From: Eledone cirrhosa
Taxonomy: Eukaryota
Direction of reading: 5' to 3'
Length of the DNA: 64,000 nucleotides
Assembly (NCBI GenBank): GCA_964016885.1
Contig: OZ024742.1
Coordinates: 287,928,001-287,992,000 of the forward strand
The notes beneath the pieces were generated by a model, which saw nothing but the letters and a program-made list of their open reading frames with translations, was not told the DNA's origin and did no database searches. The translations under genes and the position numbers were made by a program. Positions 27,584 to 41,520 of this stretch are shown piece by piece (position 1 is the first letter of the stretch; every line of letters starts with the position of its first letter).

Positions 27584-29353
27584 TTTACTCTTTTACCCTT
27601 TTACCTGTTTCAGCCATCCGGCTGAGGCCATGCTGGGGCACCGCCCTTGTTACTACACATTTTATCTCCAGCCTGTATAGGTTGGCCACTGGTGTAAGAG
27701 GGAGTTTGTTGCTGCTGCCCTTAGGTTTCCCTCGTGTCTTGCTGTGGGCTCATCCGGGATCCTGGATAACAAGGTGTCGAGATGTTTCTTAAAGACATCC
27801 ACCTCCACGTCATGCAAGTCTCTCAGTTGCCCCGGCAGCCTGTTGAAGAGTTGAGGGCCCTTGAATCCCAGGCTATTGCAATACCTGCTCCTTATTCTAG
27901 ATGTCGAAGACGGGACCTTTGGCACCACACAGTGACGTCCTGTTCGACGGTTGGTCCAGCTCCCAATGCCAAAGTTTGGTGCTAGTCCCTCCAGGATTTT
28001 CCCCATGTAGATCACTGCGTATCTCTCCCGTCTTCGCTCCAAGGAGTAGAGGTTCAGTTCCTTTAGCCTCTCCCAGTAGCTTGTCTCCCTCATCTTGGCA
28101 ATCCTCTTGGTGTAGCTTCGCTGGATTGCCACAAGCTCCGTGGTTAGTTTGACACTATGGGGTGACCACAACTGGGAGCAGTAGTCCAGGCGGCTTAGGA
28201 CAAAAGTCCTCCACAGTGTCAACATGGTGTCTCGATCTCTTGTCCGGAAAGTCCTCAAGATCCAGCCAGCGAGTCGTATGCACGTTGTCGCCACTTTCAT
28301 GATGTGTGAAGAAAAAGATGCATCATCGCTCATGTCTATGCCCAGGTCTCGTATCGATTTTGACACGAGGATATCGGTCCCTCCTGGTCCTGTGTAGCTG
28401 TGTTCCACTATATTTGTGTTTGCAGGTTTGTATTGTAGGGCTTGGAATTTGCCAGCATTAAACTGCATGTTGTTTTCTTCCGCCCATCTGTATATGGCAT
28501 CCAGATCCTGCTGTAAAAGGGCAGCGTCAGCCGGGTTTTTGATTGCCTGTGCTACCTTAGTGTCATCAGCATAGCTAGTGAGGGATGTTGTTGCATGCAC
28601 CACAGAGGGCATGTCCGAGAGAGCCACCAAAAACAGTAATGGTCCCAGGACTGTCCCCTGGGGCACCCCACTTGTTATCGGTGTTTCCCTCAAGAGGGCC
28701 CCATTTGCTGCGACTGCCTGGCTTCTGTCCCTTAGGAAGCCATGCAGCCACTCACCTACTTTTCCAGTTATGCCGAGTCCGTGTAGTTTGTGACATATCA
28801 TTCCGTAGTCGACCTTGTCAAAGGCCTTCGCAAAGTCAAGATATATCACGTCCACATGTGAGCTGTCTAGTAGTTGTCTCAGTACCCAGTCGTAGTGATG
28901 TAGCAGCTGTGTAAGGCAGCTTCTTCCTGGGCGCAAGCCATGTTGCGTGCTAGTCAGGCGGTCATTTTCTTCGAGGAAAGTGATTAGTTTCTTTCTGACA
29001 ACTCGCTCCATGACCTTACTGATATGCGACGTCAGGGAGACTGGCCTATAGTTCTTGGCCTCCGCTCTACTACCTCCTTTATGGATAGGGCATATTGTGC
29101 CTTCTTTCAGCTCCCTGGGTAGTACACCGCTAGCCAAGGAGCTTCTGAAGAGCATCTTCAGTGGAGTTGCTAGGGCCCGCTTACATATTTTTAAGAGAAT
29201 TGCTGGGAATCCATCAGGTCCAGCATCCGAGTCTGTTCTAATTTCATCAATGGCGTACACCACATCCTCCTCCGTTATGTCTATGTGGTTGATGGTTGCC
29301 ATTTCTTGATGTAGTGTTGTGGCATCAAAGAACTCCTCTGGCTTCGTTATTTG
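27584..29353 (-). mobile_element. 5'-truncated CR1-group LINE (second family) with an open RT frame at 27662-29353
   Basis: [48 protein letters not shown]; 3' end GGTGCCCCAGCATGG..GCTGAAAC plus a (GTAAAAG/A)n tail. The N-terminus given in the ORF track is microsatellite. Confidence 0.92.
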
Positions 29354-29382
29354 CATATATATATATATACATATATATTTAC

Positions 29383-29414
<32 letters not shown>

Positions 29415-29463
29415 GTATATATATTTACATATATATATATATATATACATATATATAAATATG

Positions 29464-29516
<53 letters not shown>

Positions 29517-29528
29517 GTATATATATAC

Positions 29529-29576
<48 letters not shown>

Positions 29577-29610
29577 GTATATATATACATATATATACAT
29601 ATATATATAC

Positions 29611-29649
<39 letters not shown>

Positions 29650-29748
29650 CGTATATATATACATATATATACATATATATATACATATATATACATATAT
29701 ATATACATATATATATATACATATATATACATATATATAGATATACAT

Positions 29749-29779
<31 letters not shown>

Positions 29780-30322
29780 TATACATATATATATATATGT
29801 ACATATATATACATATATATATATATGTACATATATATACATATATATATATATATATACATACGTATATATATGTACTTATATATACATATATATATAT
29901 ACATACGTATATATATATACATATATATACATATATATACATACGTATATATATATACATATATATACATATATATATGTACATATATATACATATATAT
30001 ATGTACATATATATACATATATATATGTACATATATATACATGTATATATATACCTACATATATATATATACATATATATATATATACATATATATATAC
30101 ATATATATATACATATATATACATATATATACATGTATATATATACCTACATATATATATATAAATATATATATACATATATATACATGTATATATATAC
30201 CTACATATATATATATATACATATATATATACATATAAATATATATATACATATATATATACATATAAATATATATATACATATATATACATGTATATAT
30301 ATACCTACATATATATATATAC

Positions 30323-30353
<31 letters not shown>

Positions 30354-30588
30354 CATATATATATACATATATATACACATATATATATACATATATAAAT
30401 ACGTACATATATAAATATACATATATATATATATATACATATATAAATATACATATATATATATATACATATATAAATATACATATATATATATACATAT
30501 ATAAATATACACATATATATATACATATATAAATATACATATATATATATACATATATAAATATATATATATATATAAACATATATAA

Positions 30589-30627
<39 letters not shown>

Positions 30628-31341
30628 TATACATATACATATATATATATATACATATATATATACATATATATATACATATATATATACATATATATAT
30701 ATACATATATGTATACATATATATATATACATATATGTATACATATATATATACATATACATATACATATATACATATATATATACATATACATATATAT
30801 ATACATATACATATATATATACATATACATATATATATATACATATATATATATACATATATATATACATATATGTATACATATATATATACATATACAT
30901 ATATACATATATATATATACATATATATATACATATATATATATACATATATGCATATATATATACATATATGCATATATATATACATATATATATACAT
31001 ATATGCATATATATATACATATATATATACATATATACATATATATATATACATATATATATATATAAACATATACATATATACATATACATATACATAT
31101 ATATACACACATATATATACATCTATATATACATATATATACACACATATATATACATATATATATACATATATATATACACATATATACACATATATAT
31201 ATATATATATACAAACATATATATATGTATGTATGTATGAATATATGTGTGTTGGAGTGTGTATGTCGCCCATTCGTTCATAAGGAGCCAAAGGAACTAA
31301 ATATGTATGTACATATGTGTGTATGTGTGTATGCATAAATA

Positions 31342-31414
<73 letters not shown>

Positions 31415-31599
31415 CAATGTATATGTGAGACAGAGACTTGTTTCTCTTCTCGTTTCTTTATTAACTTTTGTTTCCTTCTAATGTTACTAATTCCTTCCGC
31501 ACACTCACCAGGGATAGGGAAAGTTTCCGCCACATTAACAAATTATATCCTAGGAGAGGTTTACGGTCAGTCAACCTCTACTAGAAATAACAGCTACAT

Positions 31600-32650
31600 T
31601 TCCATTAAACTGCAAATTCAGGAAAGAAAATCACAGAAGAAAAGTCAAGGAAGGAAAAATGTCTCTCGCATCTAAATAAATTCCTTTCAAATAATGAATC
31701 TTGGAGAAAATCAAATGGAAAAAAGTCGCAAGGAAAAGATCACGTGGACAAGGTCACAGGGAAAAGGTCACATGGAAAAGATCACAGGAGAAAAAGTCAC
31801 GGGCAAAAGTTACGGGGAAAATATCACATAAGAAAAAAATCACAAAAGTATCCTAGGAGAAAAAAACATTTTATTTAACTTCTATGAAGAAAATTTTATT
31901 TAAAGCAATAGAAAGAGAAAGGGATAGTCACAGGAGGAACAGATCACAGAGAAAATGTCACCGGAGGAAACAGCTACAGGGAAAGGTCACAATGATAAAA
32001 GTCACAATGATAAAAAGCCACGGTGAATAACGTCACAATGGGTGGGGCACAAAGAGAAGTCACAGGAGAAAAAAACCATAGAAAAATATTGCAGGGGATT
32101 AAAATTACACGGGAAAAGGCACGGGAAAAAGAATTCATATGGAAAACTGTCGCTGGGTGAAAAGTTACATGGAAAGATTCACATGAAAAATATTCAGAGG
32201 GAAAATATCATGAAAAAATTTCACAGGAAAAAAGTCACAGAAGAAAAGGTTGAAAAAAAAAAAAAAAATCACACGAGAAAATGTCACAAAAATTTCAATT
32301 ACCCTGAAGAAAAATGTATTTAAAACAGTAAAAACATCACGTGGAAAAAAGTGTCAGGAGAAAATTACAGGAAAAAACGTTACTGGGGATTATGACACAG
32401 GGATATATGTTACAGGAGAAACCGCCACGGCAGAAAACGCCACATAGCAAAAAGTATCAGGAGAAAAATATCAGAAAAATTGTCAGGGGTAAAAGTCAGA
32501 AATAAAGGCTCAAGAAAGTCAGAAAAACGTCAAAGGAGAAAAACTCGCAAAACAAGTCACATGGGAAAAAGTCACAAAAAACAAAGTCACAAGGGAAAAA
32601 AGATGCAAAATCCCAGTCACGGGATATCAGTCAAAAGAGTAAAAGCCATT
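31600..32650. repeat. Degenerate minisatellite of ~15-bp GGAAAAAAGTCACA-like units
   Basis: Dozens of AAAA-GTCAC(A/G) motifs; an inverted remnant at 33120-33150. Confidence 0.7.
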
Positions 32651-32731
32651 TTATTTAAATACCATGAAAACGTATTTCGAACAATAAAATATATCTGTAA
32701 AGATATGAGAAATGAAACTCACTGAAACACT

Positions 32732-33092
32732 TACTATCGGATCCCAAATAATAGTGGGGTGCAATAAGCAGGCGGGGATGGACATTTGCTTCAATTCTTA
32801 TAAGCGGGCGTGGGGGGATAAAGAGGGAGGGGTCTGTAATTGTATAGTGTACGTTCGTAAATATGGGATTTCTTATAATATTGTTTTTTTGTTATATATA
32901 ATGTTTTTTTAATGTAAAATAAAATTATTATTAGATTCTCCAACTGCTGCATCAATATGAATCACTTACAATATAATTTCGCCGGAGATAGATTAGCAAA
33001 ATTTAATAAGCGAGGGGAAGGGGTAAACATGGGGGGGGGGGGTCTGAAAAATTAATAAGCTGGGGCGGACGATTATTCAAGACCTGAGAGTA
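32732..33092. mobile_element. MITE with TA-starting imperfect TIRs (Tc1/pogo-like)
   Basis: Left TACTATCGGATCCCAAATAAT versus right (reverse complement) TACTCTCAGGTCTTGAATAAT; related pieces at 36490-36710 and 53120-53410. Confidence 0.55.
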
Positions 33093-33418
33093 AATTTCAG
33101 TTTTTTTTTCTAACCAAAGGTGTGACATTTTTCTGACTTTTTTCGTCATTTTATTTCCATTCACCCAGATTAAACTCTTATTTTGAAAGGAGAGACATGA
33201 TTGGCAATGTAGTCATACATAAACACTGACTGAGAAAAAAGTGGGTTGGTCATGGCTGGAATGCTTTTGATTACGAATCTGTTCAGTCACTGCTGACATG
33301 TGACTAAATAATAACGTCATTATCAACATTGTATTCACATTTTCGATATTGGCTCTTTTCATTTGGTAAAAGAAATTCATATTTTAACCCTTTCGTTGCC
33401 ATATTCCTAATAACAAAC

Positions 33419-33660
33419 ATCTTCTTCTTCGTCCACTTATTTCCGAGAGGGTCATGGAGGCAGAGTCTTCAAACACTCCTTCCAGCGGGTCCTGTCAGAA
33501 GCAACTGTGTCCAACTGATCCAGCTGGATTCCCAAGCGAGACCAGCCAAGCTCGTGTATGTTATCCAACCATCTTGTTCAAAATCTGCCTCTGGGTCTCC
33601 TGACGATCGGTTTTACTCATAAATTCTATCCATTCCTGTAACATTCTGAGCACATGCCCA
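33419..33660 (-). mobile_element. RTE-like LINE 3' end fragment
   Basis: Minus strand reads RPRGR..RWLDNIHELGWSRLGI..ASDRTRWKECL with a (GAA)n tail; second copy at 42519-42670. Confidence 0.7.
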
Positions 33661-34199
33661 TAACAACAGACATAGTATTTTAATTAATGAAGAATTTTAA
33701 GAGATTTGTAACATAACTAAAGTTTCTTATATCAAATAATGTCGGTAGGTTTTAAGGTAAATAGAAACTCTAAGATGGGTGGTTGTATTTCATAGAACCA
33801 GACCCGGTCTGGAACGAGTTGATATGAAAAAAAAACTTAAAGAAAAGGGGATAATATAATTTTAACCATTTCCCAGCACATGTTAATCCTTTCTCAACGG
33901 TAACCTCCAAACGCGAATATTGTAGAAGAAGCCTGACTCAGCCGGCTTGCAATTGCAGTCAAATTGCCCTCAAATCTCACTGCATTGCATGAAAGGAAGA
34001 CTGTGTTGGATAATATAGCCCTAGACACACTAACAGTCGTGGCAGGATTACTTTTGCTCGCAGATCTATTCAGTGAAGGCTGACCTGTAAACGACAACGA
34101 CAATAACAATAATACATTCTTTCGGTTATAGAAGAAAAATGGAAAATCTCCGGTACTTGTCACAGAAATGCTGAAATATCGATTTTTCTTTTCTTTTAC

Positions 34200-36385
34200 A
34201 TAAATACAAGGCTAAAATTTTGCGAATACTCGATTATATCGACCTCGGTGCGTAAATTGAATAGTACTTGTTTTGTTGACCTCAGAATGATGAAAAGCAG
34301 AGTTGACTTCGCTAGGTTTTAGCTTAGAACATAAAGGGTTGTAACTAAATACCGCAAAACATTTTTTTATCTAACATTCTAACGATTCTTCAATACCACT
34401 TCCCTCCATGAAATTTGGAATATTAATTAACGATGAGGTGGGAAATAGCAGAGTACCAAAACCGGTGTCGAGTTAGTCTAGACGCCTTACAATATTGAGT
34501 TTCGTCACTCTACGTTCAAAATTCCAATCCCGTCAGGGGATGATTCTCTTTATCATACATCCGGTGTCGATAAAATGAATAACAGAGACATATTAACCCT
34601 TACTAAATCCCCTATACTACAAATATGTGGTGTTGTGCCAATGTAAGAAACCATTGCCAGACAAGTTGGAAAAAAAAAAAGTTTTGAGCTAAATATCTTA
34701 ATCTATTATAAGGATAGTGGTTTCTAATTTACGCACAAGGCCAATAATTTTGGGAGAGAGGAAAGTCGATTAAATCGACCCCACTGCGTTACTGGTTCTT
34801 TATTTTATCGACCCCGTAATGATAATAATGGTTTCTGATTTAGGCATGAGGCTCACAATTTGGGGGAGAGGAAATCGATTAGGTCGACTCGAGTTCATTA
34901 CTGGTACCTTTGGTTGAGAAGAACAGGAGCAGTTTTCCATTGCATAATGGCCACGGCCATAGAGGTTGAGTGGTCGACGCGGTAGAAAGGGTTGAGGGCA
35001 GACACTTTACTCTTCGACCATACCCTGATTAACTTTTACAAGTTTCACTTGACAGAGAGAAAGAAGAAGAAGAATCAACCCCAGTAATTAACAGGTACTT
35101 TATCAACTTTGATAGGATAAAAGGTAAAGTTGACCTCGACGAAATTTGAACTCAGAGCGCAGGAACGAATACTGCGAAGCATACTATCCAGCGTTCCGAA
35201 TACTCTGCCATTTCGTTGCCTTGACACTACATGATTATAATTATAATTGATACTGATCATTATAATTGTTACATTATTTGGATTCATGAGGATTTAGAAT
35301 AGCTAAACAGATTATTTAATAACATTTCAGTGAATTTATCTTCGATGCCCCGCTGGGGATGCAATAAATGTTTAAGGCAGATACCCCACCTCCCCAATAT
35401 AGCCATAGTCTAATGATTGATTCCAGCAAAATAAAAAGAAAGTAAGACATCAATCATCTTCCCAGCTTACCCATCACTAATTATTGTGACCCCCAATCTA
35501 ACAAAAACCTAAAGTGTAGCTGATTTCTAGGACTAATATTGAGAAATAATGGTTTCTAATCTAGGCACAAGACCAGCAACTGGGGGGGGGGGGGAGTAGT
35601 GACTAGTACTTTCAACTATAAGGATGAAAATCAAAGCTAACCTCAACGGGATTTGAACTAAGAACGTAAAAGGTCATAACTAAATACTGCAAAACATTTT
35701 ATCCGATGCTCCGACGATTGTGGCAATCCACAGCCCTCTGAGAAATAATAAAGACATATTGAGAAATAATAAAGAAAAACAATATGAAGTTAAAATATTC
35801 ATCAGGTGTTATATAAATTATTGATTTTTAAGTTGCTCTTGTTGTGTCATGTTGGTTTTTACATTAAAATTACATGCTGTGTTTAAATTAAAATTACACG
35901 CGACACTTGAAATATGAAAATTTCGAATAACTCTGGGGAAGCATGAAACATTAAAGGAAAAATCCTCCCCTTGCTTACTTGTGGATATATCTCTAATATT
36001 TCTCGTATAAAAAAAAGATTACTGCTCTTAATTAATTCTTGGAAGATCTTACCAGTGGTGGCTAAACCATATAATAGTACATGAACCCTTACACATTAAA
36101 TAGCACACCAACTCATTGAAGTTTACATTTATCAGTGTTGGAACCTTGAATGACCTTCATTGTCGTCGATGTTCTTGTTTATATTATTTAGTTCCAAGGA
36201 GTGGATTGGTAGTATCGGTAGAAGGTCGGAGGCCATGCTTTACAGCACAGAGTCACGGCCCTTTACGTTCTGGGTTTAAATCCCACCGAGGTTAGCTTTG
36301 CCGTTCATCCTTACGGTAAAATAAAACACCAGTAATGCACTGGCGTAATTGCTGGCCTTGTGCCAAAAGTAGAAACAATTATTTG
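34200..36385. mobile_element. Cluster of about 7 SINE family 1 copies and fragments on both strands
   Basis: Repeated GCCTTTCATCC..GTCGATAAAATAAAGTACCAGT and CTGGCCTTGTGCC..AGAAAC motifs near 34200, 34435, 34716, 34826, 35076, 35548 and 36199. Confidence 0.75.
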
Positions 36386-39300
36386 GTTCCAGGATGGTTC
36401 TGTTCGGGGAAACCTGTAGCATAGTAAGTACAGTAAGAAATTATTTGAAAGATATCTAGTGGCTATTTCTAGCACGTTGACTCGTGATTTGAAATAAACG
36501 GGGTGGGGCAGAAATCGGTAATTTTTCTAGGTTGTCTCCATTGATTTTTTAAAAACCAGAATTTGTCGTTTAGTTTACATATTGAGACCCCCCAACCCAT
36601 CCTATATATTTTTAACTTATAGGATTTCTAGTAATGTACTTTTTTTGTCGTGTGTAATGTTTTTATAATGTATAAAGAAAATTAATTATTGCAGGAATGC
36701 TACCAACTAAAATATAATTTCATTGGACATAGATTAAAGGGGCGTAACCCTATGCCATAAAGCATATTGTCCGACGCTCTACCGAATCTGCCAATCCACC
36801 ACCCTTAGCATGGAATATATTAAAAGATCTTTTTGTGATGTTTCCTTCGTGGATGCAGTGCATATTTCTATATTATTTTGAAATATGAGAAATGTTTCAG
36901 ATTTTCTTCCTTCTCGTTGCTACATTACATAATTCATTTCGTTCATTTTGCTTCTACAATATCAAAATGTTTGGTATTCGTTATTCAAAGTTTTTTCTTC
37001 AATAATAACTTGAACTCAGCATGTAACTAGTGCTTCGTAACGATATTTTAAGATGTTCTTTTTGGTTGTAAAATGTGAGTATATAACATGATTTTTCTAT
37101 ATATTTTCTAAACATTGTATTAGATGTTACTGTTGATAGTGTTTAAGAGGTCAGCTCTGATAGACCAGACATATTCATCACTGTGCTTATTGTTATGCAG
37201 TTGAAAGGATTCCGATCGCTTATATTATTTGCGTTGGTGCTTAGTTTTCTATAGGATTTACACAAACAACCTCACATATACAATTATATATGCATATACA
37301 CATTCTATGATATGCCCGTGCGTGCATGCGTGTGTATACATATATGTATGGGTGTGTGTGTGTGTGTGAATATATGTGGGGTGTGTACATGTATGTACGT
37401 GGGGAAGGATTAAAAAATTTACCTCTAAATCGAGTAATGCTAGATTTGGCCCCAATTCTTAACACCATTAATATGTATCTCCTATGTTAGCTCTGGGTTG
37501 CGACAGGAATTTTGTGAACGAAAACTGTGTAGAAGCCTTTCGAACACACACACGCAGTAGAATGATGAACCTAGATTGATTAACCTAGGCTATGCAATTT
37601 TTATTAAAATAATTTACCGCTGAGAATGTATAATGACTGAAGAGGTAGTCGGTGCTATGAGCACATGCCTGCGTGAATTATGTAAACGGGTGGAATGGAT
37701 CTCAAACATTTCCACAAATTATACATATATGTACACGCAAACACACACATATATATATAAGGTAGTAACATGCGCTTATGCCGTATTTGACTAAATAGAA
37801 TTAGTATGTTAGTTGGGACTTATGAGCCCTCTTACAAGAATTGGGTGCTCATTCAGTTAATGTTTGAATGTTTAAGGACTATGGTATTTTAAACAAAACC
37901 TCCAAAAAGCGAAACCAAAGCAAACACATACATACATAAATGCATACATTACATACATGCATCCATAAATTACATATATATACATACATTACATACATAC
38001 ATAAATTACATTCATATATATATATACATACATATATACATACATATATATATATATACATATATATATATACATACATATATTACATACATTACATATA
38101 TCCATATATACATACATACATACATTTCATATGTAACATATATGCAAACATTAGTCTATTTCAAGTTGTTATAGATAACAAGTGTTACAGGAAACTAAAC
38201 CATAAGATAAGATCATAACAATAGGTAGAAGAAGATCCTGTTGAGTACAATTATTCTATAATGTACAAATGTACAGGGCGACCTCAAAAACACACCAGCT
38301 ACATTGTTGTGGAGTGGACGCCATCTTGAATTACACTGTCATCTAGCGGATCGTAACAAAATGATTCATTTTAATCGAGTGAGTACGTGTAGTACAAGTA
38401 GTGGAAGTGTTAGGAAGAAAAGCAAAGCTAAAGAATCAGAGAAAAGCTGACAATAGTTAGCAAGCACGAGAAATAGTGCTACTAAAGCTAAAATAGGTAG
38501 AGACTATGTTATCGGCGAATAAAGAATGAGTAATAATATTTAGAATAGAAAAATTTCATGAGAGACAAAATATTGCTTCATCATCAAAATTCCAAATAAG
38601 AAACAGAAGCATAGCCATGATTTTAATAGAACGTCTTTTGTCAATTGGACAGGGAGGCTACAATCAAAAGCAAATTACTTTAAACCAAATTACCATTAAA
38701 ATGAAAGCTGTCAACAGGCCTGCAATAGTCCAAAGAAATTGGAAAGAAGAAAACTAGTCTGAAAAGGAAATTAATGAAACATTTTCTGGGAATTTTGGAT
38801 GTCTCGACAGATTCGAAAATGAGTTGGAATCCATAGCGTTAGAGTAGTAGGAGAAAGTGAAGGTGCAGACGATAGAACAGCAACCAGATAGCCAGCAAAT
38901 ATGAAAAAGGTTATTAAAGATGGTAGTGATGTTGATGGACAAATTATAAATGTTGATGAAAAGAAATCGTTTTGAGTGCAAATATCAAATCAAATTTATA
39001 CTGCAACCTGCGTTCAAAATAACTAATGCAGCATGCAGAAAGATGGAAATTATGTTTATTTTATCGCTTCCTCAACTGTCACTCTTCCACAACTCCAGCT
39101 CCAGTAGAACTTTCATTCTTTCTACATCGCTTCTTATAAAAACTATTTTCCGAATTTAGGATATCGGATTTGAAAATCTTTTTTTCGTGGAAAATTCTGA
39201 GATAGATCTCGATCTCTGCTAAGTTTTAGGATTATTCGCTGAGCAACTGTAACGTATTTCCAACGCAAACAGACAAACCTTGAAACTTTACGTACATACA

Positions 39301-40538
39301 TACATAATTTCTTCCGGCAGAAGTTGCGAACGACAGATATTATCAACAATGGAAAGACTAAAGGAAAGTTTTCTTGGTCCGATCTAAGGATAGGCTTTTT
39401 TCCTTTCCTGTTACACGTATAGAATTTTAAATTTTTATACATTTAAACTAAGATTAAAGACTAAATATGTTTGCATTTAATTTTATTAATGTTTTGTTTA
39501 TGCTCAAATGCACAAAATCAGCGTAGATGACGAATTGTGAAAGTTATAAGAATGTCAGATAGGATATTTTGCTGTATTTGTTTGGGACTTACCGAGGTCA
39601 ACTTTGCCTATCAACATTTCGAAGTCGATAAAGGACTTGTCTTATACCGGCGTCGATCTCACCATCACCTTCTCTCTCTAAAAAGAAAGACGACGAAGAG
39701 GATGAAGGAAAAAGAAAAAAGAATAAGAAAAGAAAAGAAAAAGAATCTGCTGAATTCAGATCTGGAGAGGGATAGGCTCCACCCTACGATTCCATCAAAT
39801 GTTAAGGGCTCAGGGATACATGTAGAAAACCAGTGAGAAATTGAATTAAAAGTGTGAATCTAGCAGGAATCGATTCGATTGTCACCAGCGTCACACACAT
39901 ACGTAAACATACAAACACATATGTGTATGTGTGTGAATAAGTGAGACAGGAAAAAACAAGGGAAGAACTGGAAGAAAAAAAGGAAAAGAAAGAAAGAAAA
40001 AAGAAAAGAAAGAAAGGTAAAAACGAAGGCGGGAAGGAAAGATAAATACAGAACGAAAAAGAAATAAAAGAAAGAATCACCGAAAGAAAGAAAGGAAAAA
40101 GAAGAAAAAAAAGAAAGGAAAAAGCGAAAAAGAATAAAAGAAAGAAAAGAAAGGAAAAAGAGAAAGAGATATAAATAAATATAAAGCAAAATTCACAGAA
40201 ATATATAGAAGTTGGGAGTGGTTGTGAGGGAGCCCGAACTCAATAATTTTTCCAGTCCGGAAAGGCCACAACCAGCAATTCCTTTCTGGGATGACACATG
40301 AATTAATTTCCTCTTATTTATTTTCGTTGGTTTTTTTTTGTTGTTTTGTCGTTTTTTTTTCTTCTTCTTTTATTCATTTCCTTCCTCTTTTCCCCCCTCC
40401 CAATTCAGAATTTCAAAGTTGTGTGACGGCTTTGTAAACACACAGTACGGTATGATTGCATCTTATGTGGTTATAAATACTAGTTTTAGCATACACGGTG
40501 GGAATTTTTTTTAATTAAGCAAATATATATATATATAT

Positions 40539-41117
40539 AAACATGAGAAGAAAGAAGAATACTGCGTGGTTGCACATGGGTTACATATGATAAAATTAGT
40601 CCTTCGTCAGTGATTTGCCAACTATCATTGATATTTCATCGCATTAAAAATCATATACCTCAGGTTGGTGCGAGCAATAACTAAAAAAAGCTATTGGGAC
40701 AAGTAAATCGCGTAAAGCGAGGGGGACAAGTAAACAACATAGAAGGATGAAAGCAACGCAAAGATGGGAATAAACAAGCAACATGGTTATCCGGTCAGCA
40801 TAAACTGGGTGGATTTCATGAACGAGAGAGTTACAGACCGTCCGATGTGAGTGAGATGTGAGCAAGAAGAGAACCCACTACAAGCCAAACGTGTGGAAGT
40901 GAGAAGGGGAGAAACAGAGAGTGAGTGAGTGGAAGTGCGAGGAAGAGGTCAGTCGAGAGAAAGTGTAACTGACAGAGGGGGCGAAAGAAGGTGAGAGCAA
41001 CAGAGAGAACGGGAAGCAGTAAGAGAGAAACAGACAATCGCAGCCAAGGTAAATATGTATAAAAAAACATGAGAAGAAAGAAGAATACTGCGTGGTTGCA
41101 CATGGGTTACATATGAT

Positions 41118-41124
<7 letters not shown>
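40539..41124 (-). mobile_element. Non-coding terminally redundant 526-bp element (retrozyme-like) carrying a permuted hammerhead motif
   Basis: ~60-bp direct repeats 40539-40598 and 41065-41124; (TA)n flanks; homology to 5234-5832 and 62741-63669. Confidence 0.75.
40603..40673 (-). ncRNA. Candidate permuted hammerhead ribozyme, copy 2 (AUA site, predicted cut 40654/40653)
   Basis: TCGC A CCAAC CTGA GGTATA|TGATTT TTAAT GCGA T GAAATATC AATGATA GTTGG C AAATCA CTGACGA A. Confidence 0.7.
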
Positions 41125-41159
<35 letters not shown>

Positions 41160-41342
41160 GTAAAATTCTTAACGTTCTGCTCAACATGAGACTACATCAT
41201 CTAGTGCAAGGAGAGAAACTCAAACCCCTAACATTATCATTCTTTTCGTGAGTTTTTTTCTCTAACTCCCATTGAACCTGGAGTTATAGCTACTTCAAAA
41301 TATCGAAGCACTTAAACACCTTCATATGGTATGATATAGTAC

Positions 41343-41520
41343 CAGACTTGCCAACCTCTAAAATCCCATGAAAAAAAGTGCTCCAAAACGGGGAGAAATG
41401 AGGCGTAATGGGGAGATTTTACATAATGAAAGCTATACCCATTTTCACAAGAGAAGACATCTCTCACCCATCTCAAAATGGGAGATTTTCCCGTCGGACG
41501 GAGAGAGTTGACAGGTGTAT
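41343..41520. mobile_element. ~190-bp MITE with hAT-like TIRs (CAGACYTGCCAAC..GTTGACAGGTCTG)
   Basis: Four copies in the window: 41343, 43292, 55853, 56205. TSD not clear. Confidence 0.65.
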
